Source: Paecilomyces variotii (lineage: Eukaryota). Taken from it: a stretch of DNA of 64,000 bases. The stretch lies in the NCBI GenBank assembly GCA_004022145.1, contig RCNU01000004.1, one strand, 5' to 3'. This document shows, one piece after another, positions 25,073 to 37,390 of the stretch (within the stretch, counting starts at the first letter, position 1; every line of letters starts with the position of its first letter). The notes beneath the pieces were generated by a model. It saw only the letters and a list, made by a program, of their open reading frames with translations. It ran no database searches and was not told the DNA's origin. The translations under genes were made by a program, and so were the position numbers.

Positions 25073-26701
25073 ATGGCTGCCCCCGTCCTGCCTCTTCAGC
25101 AGGTCAAGCTGCCGCAGCTGCCGTCGACGAAATTGACGCCCGAACAGCTGTACTGGAGGACGTTCAAGACTCCATTGCTGATCCCCTCGCCGTCGAATAA
25201 TCCGATCAATTACATCACACAGCCTTCTGCGCCTTCTTCCGCAACAGCCTTTCCTTCCTTGACACAGCCGCCGGATATTTTCACCGTCACGACTGGCGCT
25301 CGAGTCCAGATCTACTCGATCCGCACACGAAAACTCCTCAAGACAATCACTCGTTTCGATGACATTGCCCGTGGAACGGACGTGCGACCGGACGGTCGTG
25401 TTATCGCGATCGGTGACGATACGGGTACCATTCAGGTTTTCGACGTTGGCTCGCGCGCTATCTTGAAGACATGGAAAGATCACAAGCAGCCCGTATGGGT
25501 GACGAAATTCTCACCAAGTGACCCGACTTCCGTCCTCAGTGCCAGTGACGACCGTACAGTGCGGCTGTGGGATTTGCCCAGCGAGAACAGCCAGCGGACG
25601 TTTGTCGGACACACGGATTACGTGCGAAGCGGTGCGTTCCTGCCCGGCTCAATGGCGGGCTCTGGAATGATTGTCTCTGGAAGTTATGATTCGACGGTTC
25701 GACTGTGGGATTCGAGGGTTGAGGGCCGTGCAGCCATGACGTTCAAGATGCCCGCGCCTATCGAGCAGGTCCTCCCAATGCCTTCTGGAACGACGGTTCT
25801 GGCCTCGGCCGATAACCAGATTGCTGTGTTGGATATTGTTGCGGGTAGACCGCTACATATCATCAAGAGCCACCAGAAGACAGTCACGGCGCTGTCGTTG
25901 GCGTCGCATGGTGATAGGCTGATCAGTGGTGCCCTGGACGGACATATGAAGGTGTTCGAGACGACGGGATGGAACGTCGTCTCTGGCTCAAAGTACCCAT
26001 CTCCTATCTTGTCTCTGCGTGTGATCACTTCTGGTGTGGCCCAAGAGGACAAGCACCTCGCAGTTGGTATGCAGTCTGGACTGCTGTCTATCAAGACTAG
26101 ACTGTCGGGGCAGCAGAAAGTCCGTGAGCGCGAAAGGCAGAAGGAAATGCAGGCTCTGTTGGAGGGTAAGCTGGAAGAGCATGACAGAAAGAAGGCCAAA
26201 CAAGAGCGACTCCGCGGAAAGGGCTGGGAAAAGCGTCTACGAGGGCGCGATTTCATCGGAGAGGGAGTCGATATCGTCATTGAAGGACAGGACCGAAAAA
26301 AGCGCAAGAAGGAACAACCCTGGGAGCATGATCTTCGCAAAGCCAGATATTCCGCTGCCCTGGACCAAGTCCTGGCTCTGAGTGATAAGACTGCTCAGTT
26401 GACCCTGTTTACCGCTCTGCGCCATCGCTCTGCTCTTCGCACTGCACTCCAGGGCCGTGACGAGGTGACGCTGGAGCCGGTTCTGAAGTGGGTCTACAAG
26501 CACATCTCGGAGCCCAGACTAGTCGAGCTCTGCGTGGAAGTGGCCATGAACGTGCTGGATATCTACTCTGGCAACCTGGGCCAGTCCGTCCAGATCGACA
26601 AGCTCGTCGAGCGACTACATCGACGGGTGAGAGATGAGGTCGAAAGAGCGCAGCAGGCGTGGCAGACGAAGGGTATGCTTGATATGCTGAAGGTGTCTTG
26701 A
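25073..26701 (+). CDS. UTP15: U3 snoRNP/SSU processome WD40 protein Utp15
   Basis: 542-aa intronless ORF; LTPEQLYWRTF N-terminus, WD repeats (SASDDRTVRLWD, GHTDYVR, SGSYDSTVRLWD) and Utp15 C-terminal ALRTALQGRDE. Confidence 0.93.
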   Translation: MAAPVLPLQQVKLPQLPSTKLTPEQLYWRTFKTPLLIPSPSNNPINYITQPSAPSSATAFPSLTQPPDIFTVTTGARVQIYSIRTRKLLKTITRFDDIARGTDVRPDGRVIAIGDDTGTIQVFDVGSRAILKTWKDHKQPVWVTKFSPSDPTSVLSASDDRTVRLWDLPSENSQRTFVGHTDYVRSGAFLPGSMAGSGMIVSGSYDSTVRLWDSRVEGRAAMTFKMPAPIEQVLPMPSGTTVLASADNQIAVLDIVAGRPLHIIKSHQKTVTALSLASHGDRLISGALDGHMKVFETTGWNVVSGSKYPSPILSLRVITSGVAQEDKHLAVGMQSGLLSIKTRLSGQQKVRERERQKEMQALLEGKLEEHDRKKAKQERLRGKGWEKRLRGRDFIGEGVDIVIEGQDRKKRKKEQPWEHDLRKARYSAALDQVLALSDKTAQLTLFTALRHRSALRTALQGRDEVTLEPVLKWVYKHISEPRLVELCVEVAMNVLDIYSGNLGQSVQIDKLVERLHRRVRDEVERAQQAWQTKGMLDMLKVS

Positions 26702-27131
26702 GCAACCAGAAAGTGTTTTATCGAAAAGCAAACGAGATCCGGAGCCGAAGAGCTCTTTTCATACCACATACCACTCGATCTATCCTGCGCAGCCCCGACT
26801 GAGAGATCAACTGAGACCAGTCAGCACAGACTGTCGCATAGTGCGATCACGGAGACGCTGACACCGCAGTATGGTCATTGGGTGGATGTACAGTACATCT
26901 GGGTGACTTACTGGATACCCACGTTTGGAGTTTTGGGGGTATGGGAATGTATGTATTTAGGTAGACAAAAGCGCGACGAGCATTTATCTTTCAGGATGCA
27001 AAAAAGCATGGGATAATCGTTATATTTTTTTTAACATATCATTGTGCGAGCAATATCGTGGTGACAGTTGAGAAGATAATCCAGCCCGGATGGGGTTTGC
27101 ATATATATGGCACTACAACATCAACTACTAC

Positions 27132-28133
27132 CTAGACACTCCTGCCCTGATATAGTCTCGAGAAGCCCTCCCCATTCTCCGGCGGCTGTAACCAATTCCT
27201 CTTGTCATAGTCCCATCCCTCCCCGCCCTCAATCACATGAAAGGTATACGCATACCGGCTCTTGGAACTCGTATTCTTCTCACTCTTATGCAGCACATTC
27301 CCATGAATCAACACCAACGTGCCAGCTTTAACATCCAGTATCTCAAAGTCCTCATCCGTCTCCTTCCCCGTCTCCTCTTCCTCCATTCCCCTCGGCAGTC
27401 CCGGTCCATCGTTATCAATAAACTCCGTCCCACCGACCTCAGGCGGAGCGCGCACGAAACGCCTTCGAATCCGCCCTCCTTTCCGTCCCTTATGCGACCC
27501 TTTCCACATACCCAACGTCGCATTTCCAGGACCCGCATCCTGCATGGCAATCCACCACCCAACAGCCGACGGAGGGTTCGTGTACAGAAACTCCGAGTCT
27601 CGATGCGGTGGTACCGCGCCCCCGATCCCCGGCTGTTTGCAAATCACCATACTCTGCAGACAGCGAGGGTCGCGGAATCCCAACGACTTGGCGATGGCCG
27701 CGTTGCGATCCGAGAGCGTTACGTTCCTGAATGGCTCCGAGAGCGTGTGGAGCGAGTGTCCGATCTTGTTGATGGCGAGGTGTTTCGGTTTTAGTAGCTT
27801 CGCCTTTCCCGTCTCCGGGTCAGGGGTTGGGGAGAACGCATCGGGTTCGAAGAAGAATCGGACCTTGTCGCCTGAGGTGAGGAAGTAGTCGTCGCCGACG
27901 TGTTTGGCGGCGCGGTCTTCGACGTCGTCGCCGGTCGTGAAGCGCGTGAGAGGGTGAGAGTCGAGCGGGAAGTTCTCGAGGAGGTCGTGGGTAGTGGAGA
28001 GGAGGGTGGAGAGTTCTGAGGCGGACAGGTAGTCTGGGATGACGAGGTAGCCGTTGTCGTGGAAGAAGGTGAGTTGGTCTTGCGTGAGGCCAGCAGCTGG
28101 AGCGGTCGTTGTCTCAACTGCGGACGGGGCCAT
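27132..28133 (-). CDS. Phytanoyl-CoA dioxygenase family (PHYHD1-like) Fe/2OG enzyme
   Basis: FFHDNGYLVIPD, INKIGHSLH, QSMVICKQPGIGGAVPPHRD (HxD) and LIHGNVLHKSEKNTSSKSR motifs. Confidence 0.92.
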   Translation of the reverse strand: MAPSAVETTTAPAAGLTQDQLTFFHDNGYLVIPDYLSASELSTLLSTTHDLLENFPLDSHPLTRFTTGDDVEDRAAKHVGDDYFLTSGDKVRFFFEPDAFSPTPDPETGKAKLLKPKHLAINKIGHSLHTLSEPFRNVTLSDRNAAIAKSLGFRDPRCLQSMVICKQPGIGGAVPPHRDSEFLYTNPPSAVGWWIAMQDAGPGNATLGMWKGSHKGRKGGRIRRRFVRAPPEVGGTEFIDNDGPGLPRGMEEEETGKETDEDFEILDVKAGTLVLIHGNVLHKSEKNTSSKSRYAYTFHVIEGGEGWDYDKRNWLQPPENGEGFSRLYQGRSV

Positions 28134-30973
28134 TGTTGGGTAGGTAGTTGGGAGGAGTGATGGAGATAGATTATGGTGTTGACTCTGCAGTTTGGAAGGG
28201 TTTGTTGTCGTCGTCGCTGGTTCTGTGCAGAGAAGCGTGGGAGAGAATATAAGGGAAGTAGAGGTGAGATGGGAAAGAGAAGAGAAGCGTGAAGCTGGAA
28301 GAACAAAAGCGGAGGTGGGGGTTGGAATGAAATAAATGCCTTATCGATAAGATCGGAGCCGTGACAGCGACGGGACTTATTATTGTTTAAGGAGAGCTTC
28401 CTCCACGCATCTATTATTAATTGCTGCTCTACATACCAATCCAGCCTATCTTTGGGCTTTTACGAACCGTTATGTTCTACCTAAGAGAATGGCTGGACTG
28501 CAGATTCTTGTTCGGACCTCAGAGTACAGGATGGTTCGAACAGTTCCCAAAGTCTCGAGTCGAGTTACCTAGGTAGCAGGCTAGCCTTCATTCAGACCAA
28601 GTAGTTAGCTATTAATTCGCGCCTGTTGACCGATGTAGCAGACACAAGCTATCTAGCTACTCGTGCTCGCTCTTTGGCACTGGTTGTGTGACGCTTTTAC
28701 TGCAGACACAACTCCCCCCAAGCTTCTCTCAGCTTTCTCAGGGGCAGCTTGATTCTCAACCTCGTCGATCTCCAGTCTCGCGGATCTACGCGAGGAACAC
28801 TCATTTCTCAAGATACGATGAGACGAATATCGCTTCTTTTTCGGCCGAAACCTGGAAGTCTCGCACCGGAAAAGCTGGCCTGCTTCGTTTTAGTGTAGAT
28901 CCTTATTTCACCTTGTACGAGTAATACGGGCAGCTAAGATAGATAATTTAGGTAGTTATTATAGCATCAGCGTCAACAAGTTATCAGATCCCAGATGCAG
29001 TCACGATGACTAGCTATTTCGAGGATCATCATTTGAGTAAAGCCCATATAACCTCATCCGGTTAGTTAGTGAAACACGAGAAGCCCCCTGACTCGAGATG
29101 GGACGCGTCTGAGTTATTATTAATGATAATAGTCAGGGACTTTCAGTTAATCCAATTAGGAAAAAAAGAGGCCATAGCATCAGGTTAACTAAACTGGGCA
29201 GTGGGTATATCGGGCAAAGGCATCGAAGCTATCTAATCCAGATTAGGAATTTGTAGATTTTTGATCTTGGTGCAGAAGATCGATAAGCATAACTAGCTTA
29301 GTCTATGTCTTGCATAAGTAATAATTAACATCTAGTTATGAACATAACATGTGGGTAAGCAGGTAACTACTAACTAACTACTAACTTAGTTATTATTACT
29401 CCGTACTTTGTGGATTCTTCTCTTGGGTCTCTTTCTAGAAGGTCGATCTAATAAGGGAACAGCTGAACAAGAATAATAACTGACGGGTTTTTAGTTAACT
29501 AACTAACTAACTACTCATTATGGTTAAATCCACTTTCGTGGCGGAGACATATACGCTAGACTGTGGAATAATAATAAGACCCGTCGTTCGGAAGGTGAAC
29601 GATACCTTTCCGACAAAGGAAGTACGCGTGGATGTTTCAGTGTTCTATAGTTCAGCCTCTTGGCTGACGCCCCTTTATGGATGAGCTTGAGAGAAGGGAT
29701 TCGGGGTACGCTCGGCTGCTATGTCTCAGGACACTAGTATTATAGACTGATTCAATCATGGAGTTGCGCTGGTGGGTGGTATATGTAGGTATGCTTTGTG
29801 TTAACTATAGCGGACATGCACGTTCTTGGATGGCATATGGTGATTCCTGGAATAGAATCCCATTTGTAGGACCAGGGTGTCTGCTTCACTACAGTTCAAG
29901 AAAGAGAAGATAGACTGCTGCTATGTATTCACTACTTCGTAAATGTGTCTATTGGAATTTCCATTCCGGAGGGATATCATACTGGGAGATATCATCCCTC
30001 GAGGCAAGACCAGACAGACACTTACTGCAAGTCAAGACTTGGGGCTATAGTACGAATACAGATAACTCAGACTCATTTTCGCTAAAATTAAGAAGGTAGG
30101 ATGATGTTTCAACTATCTGATAGCATAGTGACGAGCGGTTGGAAGACGAATTCCCCATATTCACGAGCTATCAAACCAGCCACCGTCTCTTCCCATACAT
30201 ACTGGCAGGCCTTGAGGGAGGAAATAATAATCGCCGTCACAACTCTACCATGAAATGCATACCTCAGCTGCGTGCTACTGATGACACGAAGTTCTGATGC
30301 AGAATCATGACAGATCCATTTCTGAACCGAGGAACAATTACGGGGCAGAACACCTCATTTCCAGTCTTCACAAAGAGCCACCCTATACAGAGCGAATAAC
30401 ACAGTAGAATATCAAAAAATAGAATCCTGACGAAGACACTCCGCACTCTCGAACGTAAACGAAACCCCGTGGAGGCGGTGGCTGGTGGTCAATACATCAT
30501 CACTTCTCCGCCGACCCGACTCCATGGGATAGCTACCGACTGACATCCATCATCAACGGCAGGACAACTGGACAGGAATGACACTTTGCAAACAGGAACC
30601 ATGAACCATGACCTTTATCACCAACACCAATGGAATCGTCAGGCACAGGCGTCTATCTGCCAGTTGTGTTCGTCGCCTCATCTTTCTTGCAGTGGAACAT
30701 GATGTCAAACCCGATCATCAGTTGAGTGCGCCTACGGCTTGCTCGCCACGGGCCAGAATATAAACGCGCTGCAAACCTTGGTGAAACAGATGAGGGATGC
30801 CGAGAAGGATGCTATCCATGGTCAGTCGACGACTTTGTTCTATCGATACAACAATCTGTGTCTTCTGATCTCACGCATTCCTTTTGCGTCTTGTTACAGA
30901 GCAAACAAGCATAATCCCATCAGATCTGTTTCGCGATTAAGATACTAGATATCCATCTTCGCAACATTCCAGA

Positions 30974-31555
30974 ATGACCGATACGTACAGCAGCTCGTCC
31001 TACTTCTACAGCTCCGCAACGAATACCAGCGACGGCTCCTCAACAACCGGTCACCGATATACAACGTCCTCCCACACCGATCCCAACGGAAATACCATCG
31101 TGCGCACAGCACATCAGGACCTCGGCGCGCCGGCCGTTATCGAAGAGCGCCGTTACGATCGGACAGGGCAGCAGTTACTGCTAGACACTGGCACCGGCGT
31201 GGCTGCCGGAACGAGACGAATCGAAGATCTAGGATCTTACGACGCAACAGGAGCGACAATGTCTGACCCAGGCACGACTTACGGTACTGAGAACGTTGGA
31301 ACAGCGGCAGATGCGACGGCGGGAACTGCATACGGCAGCGATACTGTCGGTCCCAGCACCAACGAATACGATCAGCATCTCGACTATGACACCGACGGAC
31401 ATAGGAGACATCATAGAGAAAAGCAGGATTCAGAAGGCCGCTGGTATCATCGAGATGTTGACCGGGAAAAGTCAGATCCCTCGAGCGGACATGTACATCG
31501 GGAATATTCGAATCCGAATACGGGGAGGTCTTCTCATACCGATTACGAGTTCTGA
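30974..31555 (+). CDS. Hydrophilic Thr/Gly/Asp-rich hypothetical protein (193 aa)
   Basis: Intact intronless ORF with coding-like composition and no TM segment. Confidence 0.75.
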   Translation: MTDTYSSSSYFYSSATNTSDGSSTTGHRYTTSSHTDPNGNTIVRTAHQDLGAPAVIEERRYDRTGQQLLLDTGTGVAAGTRRIEDLGSYDATGATMSDPGTTYGTENVGTAADATAGTAYGSDTVGPSTNEYDQHLDYDTDGHRRHHREKQDSEGRWYHRDVDREKSDPSSGHVHREYSNPNTGRSSHTDYEF

Positions 31556-31568
31556 GTTTGATTGAGAA

Positions 31569-32035
31569 CCGGCATGGACTGCGGCCACTCGTTTGGCACG
31601 CTCTACACTCTTTGGGTATATTATAAGAGTTTACGAATTATGAAGCCTTGAGCGTTGGTTTTGTCTTACGGAAGAAAAAAAAGAAAAAGAAAAAGAAAAA
31701 GACACGAATGACTAGGCATAGATTCTCGGCATTCCTTTGGTATACGAAGTTACGACTCATATGAAGCGTTAAGCGTCGCTTTTTCGCTTTTTGTTTTCAA
31801 TACCATGAAAAAACACAAAAACAACTTGCATCGACATTGGACACCATTTGGTACAGATGTTTACGAGCTATGAAGCATTTACCGCGTTGAGCGTTATTCT
31901 TATCTTCTATGGTACAAAAAGCAAAAAGACCGGCATGAAAATTGGACACTCGTTTGGTATATGATTTACGAGTCACGAAGCATGTAGCGTGGTTTCTACT
32001 TTTGTCTAAGAAAAATAAAAGCAAAAGGAAAAAAA
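31569..32035 (+). repeat. Four degenerate ~105-120-bp tandem units downstream of the stop codon
   Basis: Ordered motifs GCAT...TTTGG...TTACGA...GAAGC...AGCGT...T-tract...A-tract recur; TTACGA at 31631, 31750, 31861 and 31966. Confidence 0.8.
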
Positions 32036-32545
32036 TGTTCGCTCGAGAAATGAAGACCAAGCGGGCATTGCTGTGCGATTTTTTTGTCTCTTTGGAAGCA
32101 GTGTTTATAGTTTACAAGAATGCCTACAAATGACTTCGATCGATTTTAGAACCAAATTGATACAGCAGCCGCTATAGTTTACAACGTAATCTGAACGAAT
32201 CCAAGTAGACTTAGAGAGCGATCCATTATACAGTAAATACCAATTGCATGTTGATACTATGTATGAAGCGTGTTTGTTATTTGTATAGCTGGTAAAGTCA
32301 TGGCAGAACATCTCTCATATATTGTCGCGTCAGTCATGATAGTCCTTTCAAACGCCCAAAGTGCAAAAATATGTGCATGTTGTAGATCAATAGCATCCAT
32401 GTATCTGTGAGCACATGTCGGATGGATTTGAGATAGGTATTGGCATGGGAGAGACGACCGTCTGTGCTTTAATTGTGCATCTTCTGCGTGTCGTCAATAA
32501 ACCAAGGCGCTTGCACCGAAAGAACTATATTGCCAAAAGTTATTC

Positions 32546-33859
32546 TCAGACTCTGAGCCTGCCATACGTCAAGCGTTCTCTGATCTTCGTGAACAAGCCT
32601 GGCAACTGGTAACTCCAGTGGCACAGCATGCCGGCAACGAATCCGATAGCATCGTTCTTGAATCCAACGAGCAGGCCAACGGTCACAATCATAACAGTCC
32701 ATCTCTTCTTGCGCTCATAGTCAGTGAGAATCGGACCAATCGCCTGTTCTGAGTCTCCAATGATACCCGGAGCCTTGCCAGCAAGGTCTCGAGCGCCTGT
32801 TGTGTTCAGGCTTTCACCCACACTGGCTAGTTCGAGGCCCGCAGCAATGACCATGACGCCCAATAGAGCTGATGGAAATTGCTTCAGCAGACTGACAAGG
32901 GATTCACCAAAGAACAGGCCAACTATCATCTTTAGGGCTCCCAAGATGATGATGCTGGCGCCAGAACGGGCTCCAAACCGGTACTGGGCCGCCAACCCGC
33001 CAGATCCGTGACAGACAGGCATAGCACCAAACCAGCAACCGAAAAGGTTCATTCCTGCGACACTGAGACCGATAGAAGTAATCGAAGGTGTTTGAACACC
33101 CGGCAACAGGTCCGCTGCGAGGTGGACGACTGCGATCACAGAATTAAGCGTCGTAAGCGGGAGCTGGCCAATGCCAGCACCAATTGCGCCTGTTTTCCAG
33201 TCGCTGCCTACTGGGATAGTCATATGCGGTCTCCAGAACTCCAGTGATGGGAGACTGCCCGATTGCGCAGTGACAATGATGGCGAAGACCAAGCCAACCG
33301 CGAAAACGATTAGAGCATATGGCACAGTGCGATATGAATTCGTGATGATTAGGAATAAAAACGCAACAATAGCCCAGATCAAATTGTCTGCCCAGGATGG
33401 ATAGATCCATCCCAACGAGGCGATTAGTTTTCCGGCTGACGCGATGATGAGGGACAGGCCGGCTCCTAGCTGGATACCCTTGACCACTGGGATCGGAATG
33501 ACATCTGAAAACCAGCGTAGAAGACCAGTAACACTGAAGACAAGAATACAAGCGGCCACAAAAACGCCTGCGGCCGCGATTTCGCCGTTGCTGAAAGACC
33601 TGGCAATAGCAACGGCGGCGATCGCCTTCATAGGCTGCACGGGCAGCGGGATGCCAAAGAAAAGCCCGGTGAGTATATTGAAAACCCCCGAAAAGATAAG
33701 AGTGCTGGACAAGGAAATCGTGCCATTCAGAGCCAGAGCAATGGCAATAGGAAGGAAGGTGCCCAGATCCCCAAGAGCGCCAGAGATCTCAGATACTGGC
33801 CGCGACTTTAGTTTCCGGAGGTTGCGGGCGGAGATCTGGCGAAACGTGCTGGCCGCCAT
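32546..33859 (-). CDS. MOT1-family molybdate/sulfate transporter
   Basis: SEISGALGDLGTFLP, PLPVQPMKAIAA, GQLPLTTLNS and GAMPVCHGSGGLAAQYRFGARSG signature motifs; multiple TM helices. Confidence 0.92.
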   Translation of the reverse strand: MAASTFRQISARNLRKLKSRPVSEISGALGDLGTFLPIAIALALNGTISLSSTLIFSGVFNILTGLFFGIPLPVQPMKAIAAVAIARSFSNGEIAAAGVFVAACILVFSVTGLLRWFSDVIPIPVVKGIQLGAGLSLIIASAGKLIASLGWIYPSWADNLIWAIVAFLFLIITNSYRTVPYALIVFAVGLVFAIIVTAQSGSLPSLEFWRPHMTIPVGSDWKTGAIGAGIGQLPLTTLNSVIAVVHLAADLLPGVQTPSITSIGLSVAGMNLFGCWFGAMPVCHGSGGLAAQYRFGARSGASIIILGALKMIVGLFFGESLVSLLKQFPSALLGVMVIAAGLELASVGESLNTTGARDLAGKAPGIIGDSEQAIGPILTDYERKKRWTVMIVTVGLLVGFKNDAIGFVAGMLCHWSYQLPGLFTKIRERLTYGRLRV

Positions 33860-34735
33860 GGCGGGAACGAGGCGCGGGGATAATCAACAAAGAGATGCAA
33901 TATTGGACAGGTCTATCCCTGATTATGCTGAGGATGGAGCCTCTGAGAATACACGACGGCAAGGGGTTGTTAAAGAGACTGGAGAAAGCTACCACCTCGC
34001 GATCAAAGGATGAAGGAGAATGAGATGATGCATGCACCTCCGCGGAGAACTTGATCAGCGAGATCTAAGATCTTGGCTCCACTAAGTAGTTAGCAATGCA
34101 GCAAATGGCCGTCACACGATCACCACAATCCTGAATCCGATCGACCTGGAGTCTGAATCAGCATTATCTACTATCATTTACAAGTTACAACCTGCTGGTG
34201 CTGTAGAAATTCCATGTGTACAATGTCAGGGACCCCATCTAGCCGACAACCAGTTATGACGGTAAGAAGCGGACGATATCGTCACCCACTTACGACCACT
34301 CGACCCAAAAGAAGGATTCTCCAGCTTGATCTCTCCAGATCTGACATAGAACAAAGACTGACGGGCTTTGATGGCCTGGCTTTGTTATAATCGTCGAGGA
34401 CTGAGCCCCCTAAAGCCACCTTCTTTCGGAACAAAGCCCAAGAACGAACTGAGACCTTGCAGAATGGAGTTTTTGATGGGACTCTCAGTCGTTCGATGGC
34501 CTCGAGAGGTATTGAAATTCACTCACTTATGGTTACAAGCGGCGCTTTTCCATCAAGTCACTTTTCTTTCACTGCCCAAGTGATCTGTCGCCCCTTCCCA
34601 ACAGATTGAGACAGGGGTCATCTCTGATCCTATTCTTCGGTGGTTTCACTTGCGGTGCTGCTCTGCAAACTTCTCGTGAATCAAGTCCATATTGAAGCAT
34701 CTCATCTCCCTCATTTGACCGATTCAACTGCAGAT

Positions 34736-35804
34736 ATGGCTTCTACTGCCATTATGGATGAGCGCTCGGGACTGAAGCACTTTGAACGTGACAACCCGAT
34801 GGCTCACTCGAAACCTACTTTGGTTCTTGTCCATGGGGGCTGGCAAGGGCCGTCTTTATGGACCTACGTGATCCCTCTGTTAGAAAGAGCCGGCTACGCA
34901 ACGTACCCAGTGACCCTGGTGTCCCCAGACAGCGACCCTCCAGTCGAGGACTTCACAGCTGACGTCGAAGTTGTTAGAAGAGCCGTCGATACACTACTCG
35001 AGTGTGGCAAAGATGTTATATTAGTGCTATTTTCTTATGCAGGTTACGTGGGATGCGAGGCACTCAAGTCATTCCATGATGAACAAAGTACTCCTCTGCA
35101 GAATGCGGCGCAGAATACGGGTCCGGATGGAGGCGTCGACAAAAAGTCTGCAAAGAAAACTGATCTTCCATCATGGTTTGCCAGACCTCGACGCGGAAAG
35201 ATCTTGCATATCGCCTTTATAGCGTCGTATATTGTCGCACCGGGAATGACACTTTGGAGCCCAAGGAAAGGCGACTGCCTCCCTGGAATGGAGAATAAGG
35301 TAAGCATCCGCAAAGTACATGTTATCTATTACGACCGGCATATAGTGAGAAGCAAGGGTCCCATCGACACCACAGCACATACTAACAGGGAGATTAGGAC
35401 GGAGTGGTGCGCGTTCTGGATGGGCCAGAACGTTTCTTCAGTGACTTGCCGCGGCCGATTGCTGAGTTCTGGGCCACAAAGCTCAGGAGCCAACCTATAA
35501 AGTATGTGTATACACTTTGCCAGGTCTTGCCTCGAATGCGTCAAGTTGTTTGCTAATAGTCCAAAGGTCCTTTTATTCCAGATTTACCTACCCGGCTTAT
35601 CTCTACTACCCGACCTCTTATCTCGCTTGCATTGATGACAAGGCCCTTGCATACAAAATCCAAGACCGTATGGCCAAGCTTGCTAAGATCGATCCGGATA
35701 GGGTTGTGAGAGTGAGGTCTGGCCACATGGTGATGGTCAGTCAGCCGATGGCTGTAGCCAAGTTCTTGCGTCAAGCGGCAGGAGAGACATTCAGCGTTCT
35801 TTAA
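34736..35804 (+). CDS. Alpha/beta hydrolase (methylesterase-like), 3 exons
   Basis: LVLVHGGWQGP, nucleophile FSYAG, PTSYLACIDDKAL and SGHMVMVSQP; introns near 35300-35397 and 35503-35567. Start could instead be 34799. Confidence 0.8.
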
Positions 35805-36454
35805 CGGAGTCTCTATGCCTGACGAGGAGGATACTTGATCTTCAGTTACCATGGCTCTGTCCTATTTGACTCCTTACAAGGGACTCTGTCTGCCTAAAGC
35901 GAATATGTCGACATTCTATGCAGTCTTTGTGGAAGTCGCTGATAAGGATCGTTAGATCGACAGGAACTTAGTCACTAGCGACGTCCAAATAATAGTTCAA
36001 CAAATGATTAAAGAGGCACTTCTTTCTATAAGCACCATTGATCATGGCTCCAAAAAATCCAGAATAGACCATTACTAATATCGGTTGCTAAAAAGCTTAC
36101 CCTCATTAGCCTGTCTTGCGTCCAGTGAGGTTTTCTGATATCAGCTCGCAGACCCAGCGATCCCAATACCGGCTAAATTGCTTCGCACCCCATTGACCGT
36201 GCACGCGGAATATCATTTTCGATAAGCGGTCTCGTTCAGCGCCCGCGGGACAGCCGTTGAATCTAAGTATCGAATCTGAGCGTAAGATGAACCCCGCTTT
36301 GCGCCTCATCCCGAATTTGCTTCTCCATGTAAAAAAGCTTGCCGTAGCGATAAACATCTAGAAACGACCCCGCAACAGCTCCAATCTCTCCGCTCAACAG
36401 CTAGGAGACGCATGACGGTGAAGGCACCTGCACATGTATAGGACGTTGCACACC

Positions 36455-37390
36455 ATGGGCAAAAGGATTGTGTTCACTGGCGGTTCCGGCAAGGCTGGCC
36501 GTCATTGTATTCCCTACTTGCTATCCAAGGGACACCAAGTGTTGAACTTGGACCTCGTCCCGCTGCCCAACCCTGACGGTGTTGGACTTAACCCAGACGT
36601 GTATACGCTCAAATGTGACCTCACAGAGAGCGGACAGGTCTTCAATGCCCTCTCGTCGCATTTTCATATGGGCGAGTACGAGATCGAGCGAAAGCTAGGC
36701 CAGGAAAGTCCAACTGTTCTTCCAGATGCCGTGATTCACTTCGCAGCCTATGCGCGCAACATGCTCGTTCCCGACAATGAAACCTTCAAGGCCAATGTGA
36801 CAGCTACGTATAATGTCATCGAGGCCGCCTGCAAGCTAGGAATCAAGAAAGTCATTATCGCTAGCTCCGAAACGACGTACGGAGTCTGCTTCACGCAGGG
36901 TGACTCTGACTATCATTCGTTCCCGCTGGAGGAGGACTACGACACCGATCCAATGGACTCGTACGCTCTGAGCAAGCTCTGCGGCGAGAAAGTCGCTCGT
37001 GGATTCGCTCGTCGCTTCAACACCGATATCTATGCCCTCAGAGTCGGAAACGTCGTCGAGCCTCACGAGTACGCACGAGATTTCCCGAAATACATCAAGA
37101 ACCCTGAGATCCGCAAGAGAAACGCCTGGAGCTACATCGATGCTCGAGACCTAGGCCAGATCTGTGACCTGTGTGTAGCCAAGGATGGGCTGGGTTTCCA
37201 GGTCTTCAACGCCACGAACGACACTATCACGACAGACATCCCGACAGAAGAGTTCTTGAAGAAGTATTGCCCGAATGTGCCGATTACTCGGAAAATGGGC
37301 GAGTGGGAAGCCCCGCTGAGCAATAGGAAGATTAGGGAGGTTTTAGGATTCAAGGATGTTCATAACTGGAGAAAGTATATAAATGGCTAA
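36455..37390 (+). CDS. NAD-dependent epimerase/dehydratase (extended SDR)
   Basis: Rossmann TGGSGKAG, IHFAA, ASSETTYG and catalytic YALSK; intronless. Confidence 0.92.
   Translation: MGKRIVFTGGSGKAGRHCIPYLLSKGHQVLNLDLVPLPNPDGVGLNPDVYTLKCDLTESGQVFNALSSHFHMGEYEIERKLGQESPTVLPDAVIHFAAYARNMLVPDNETFKANVTATYNVIEAACKLGIKKVIIASSETTYGVCFTQGDSDYHSFPLEEDYDTDPMDSYALSKLCGEKVARGFARRFNTDIYALRVGNVVEPHEYARDFPKYIKNPEIRKRNAWSYIDARDLGQICDLCVAKDGLGFQVFNATNDTITTDIPTEEFLKKYCPNVPITRKMGEWEAPLSNRKIREVLGFKDVHNWRKYING

Noticed and set aside
28900-30100. Short hairpins and TAAC/TTA repeats
   Set aside because: Stems are short and low-complexity, similar tracts occur throughout the intergenic DNA, and there are no TSDs.
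31569-32035. CRISPR-like repeat-spacer array
   Set aside because: Eukaryotic context, only short degenerate motifs rather than identical repeats, and no cas genes.
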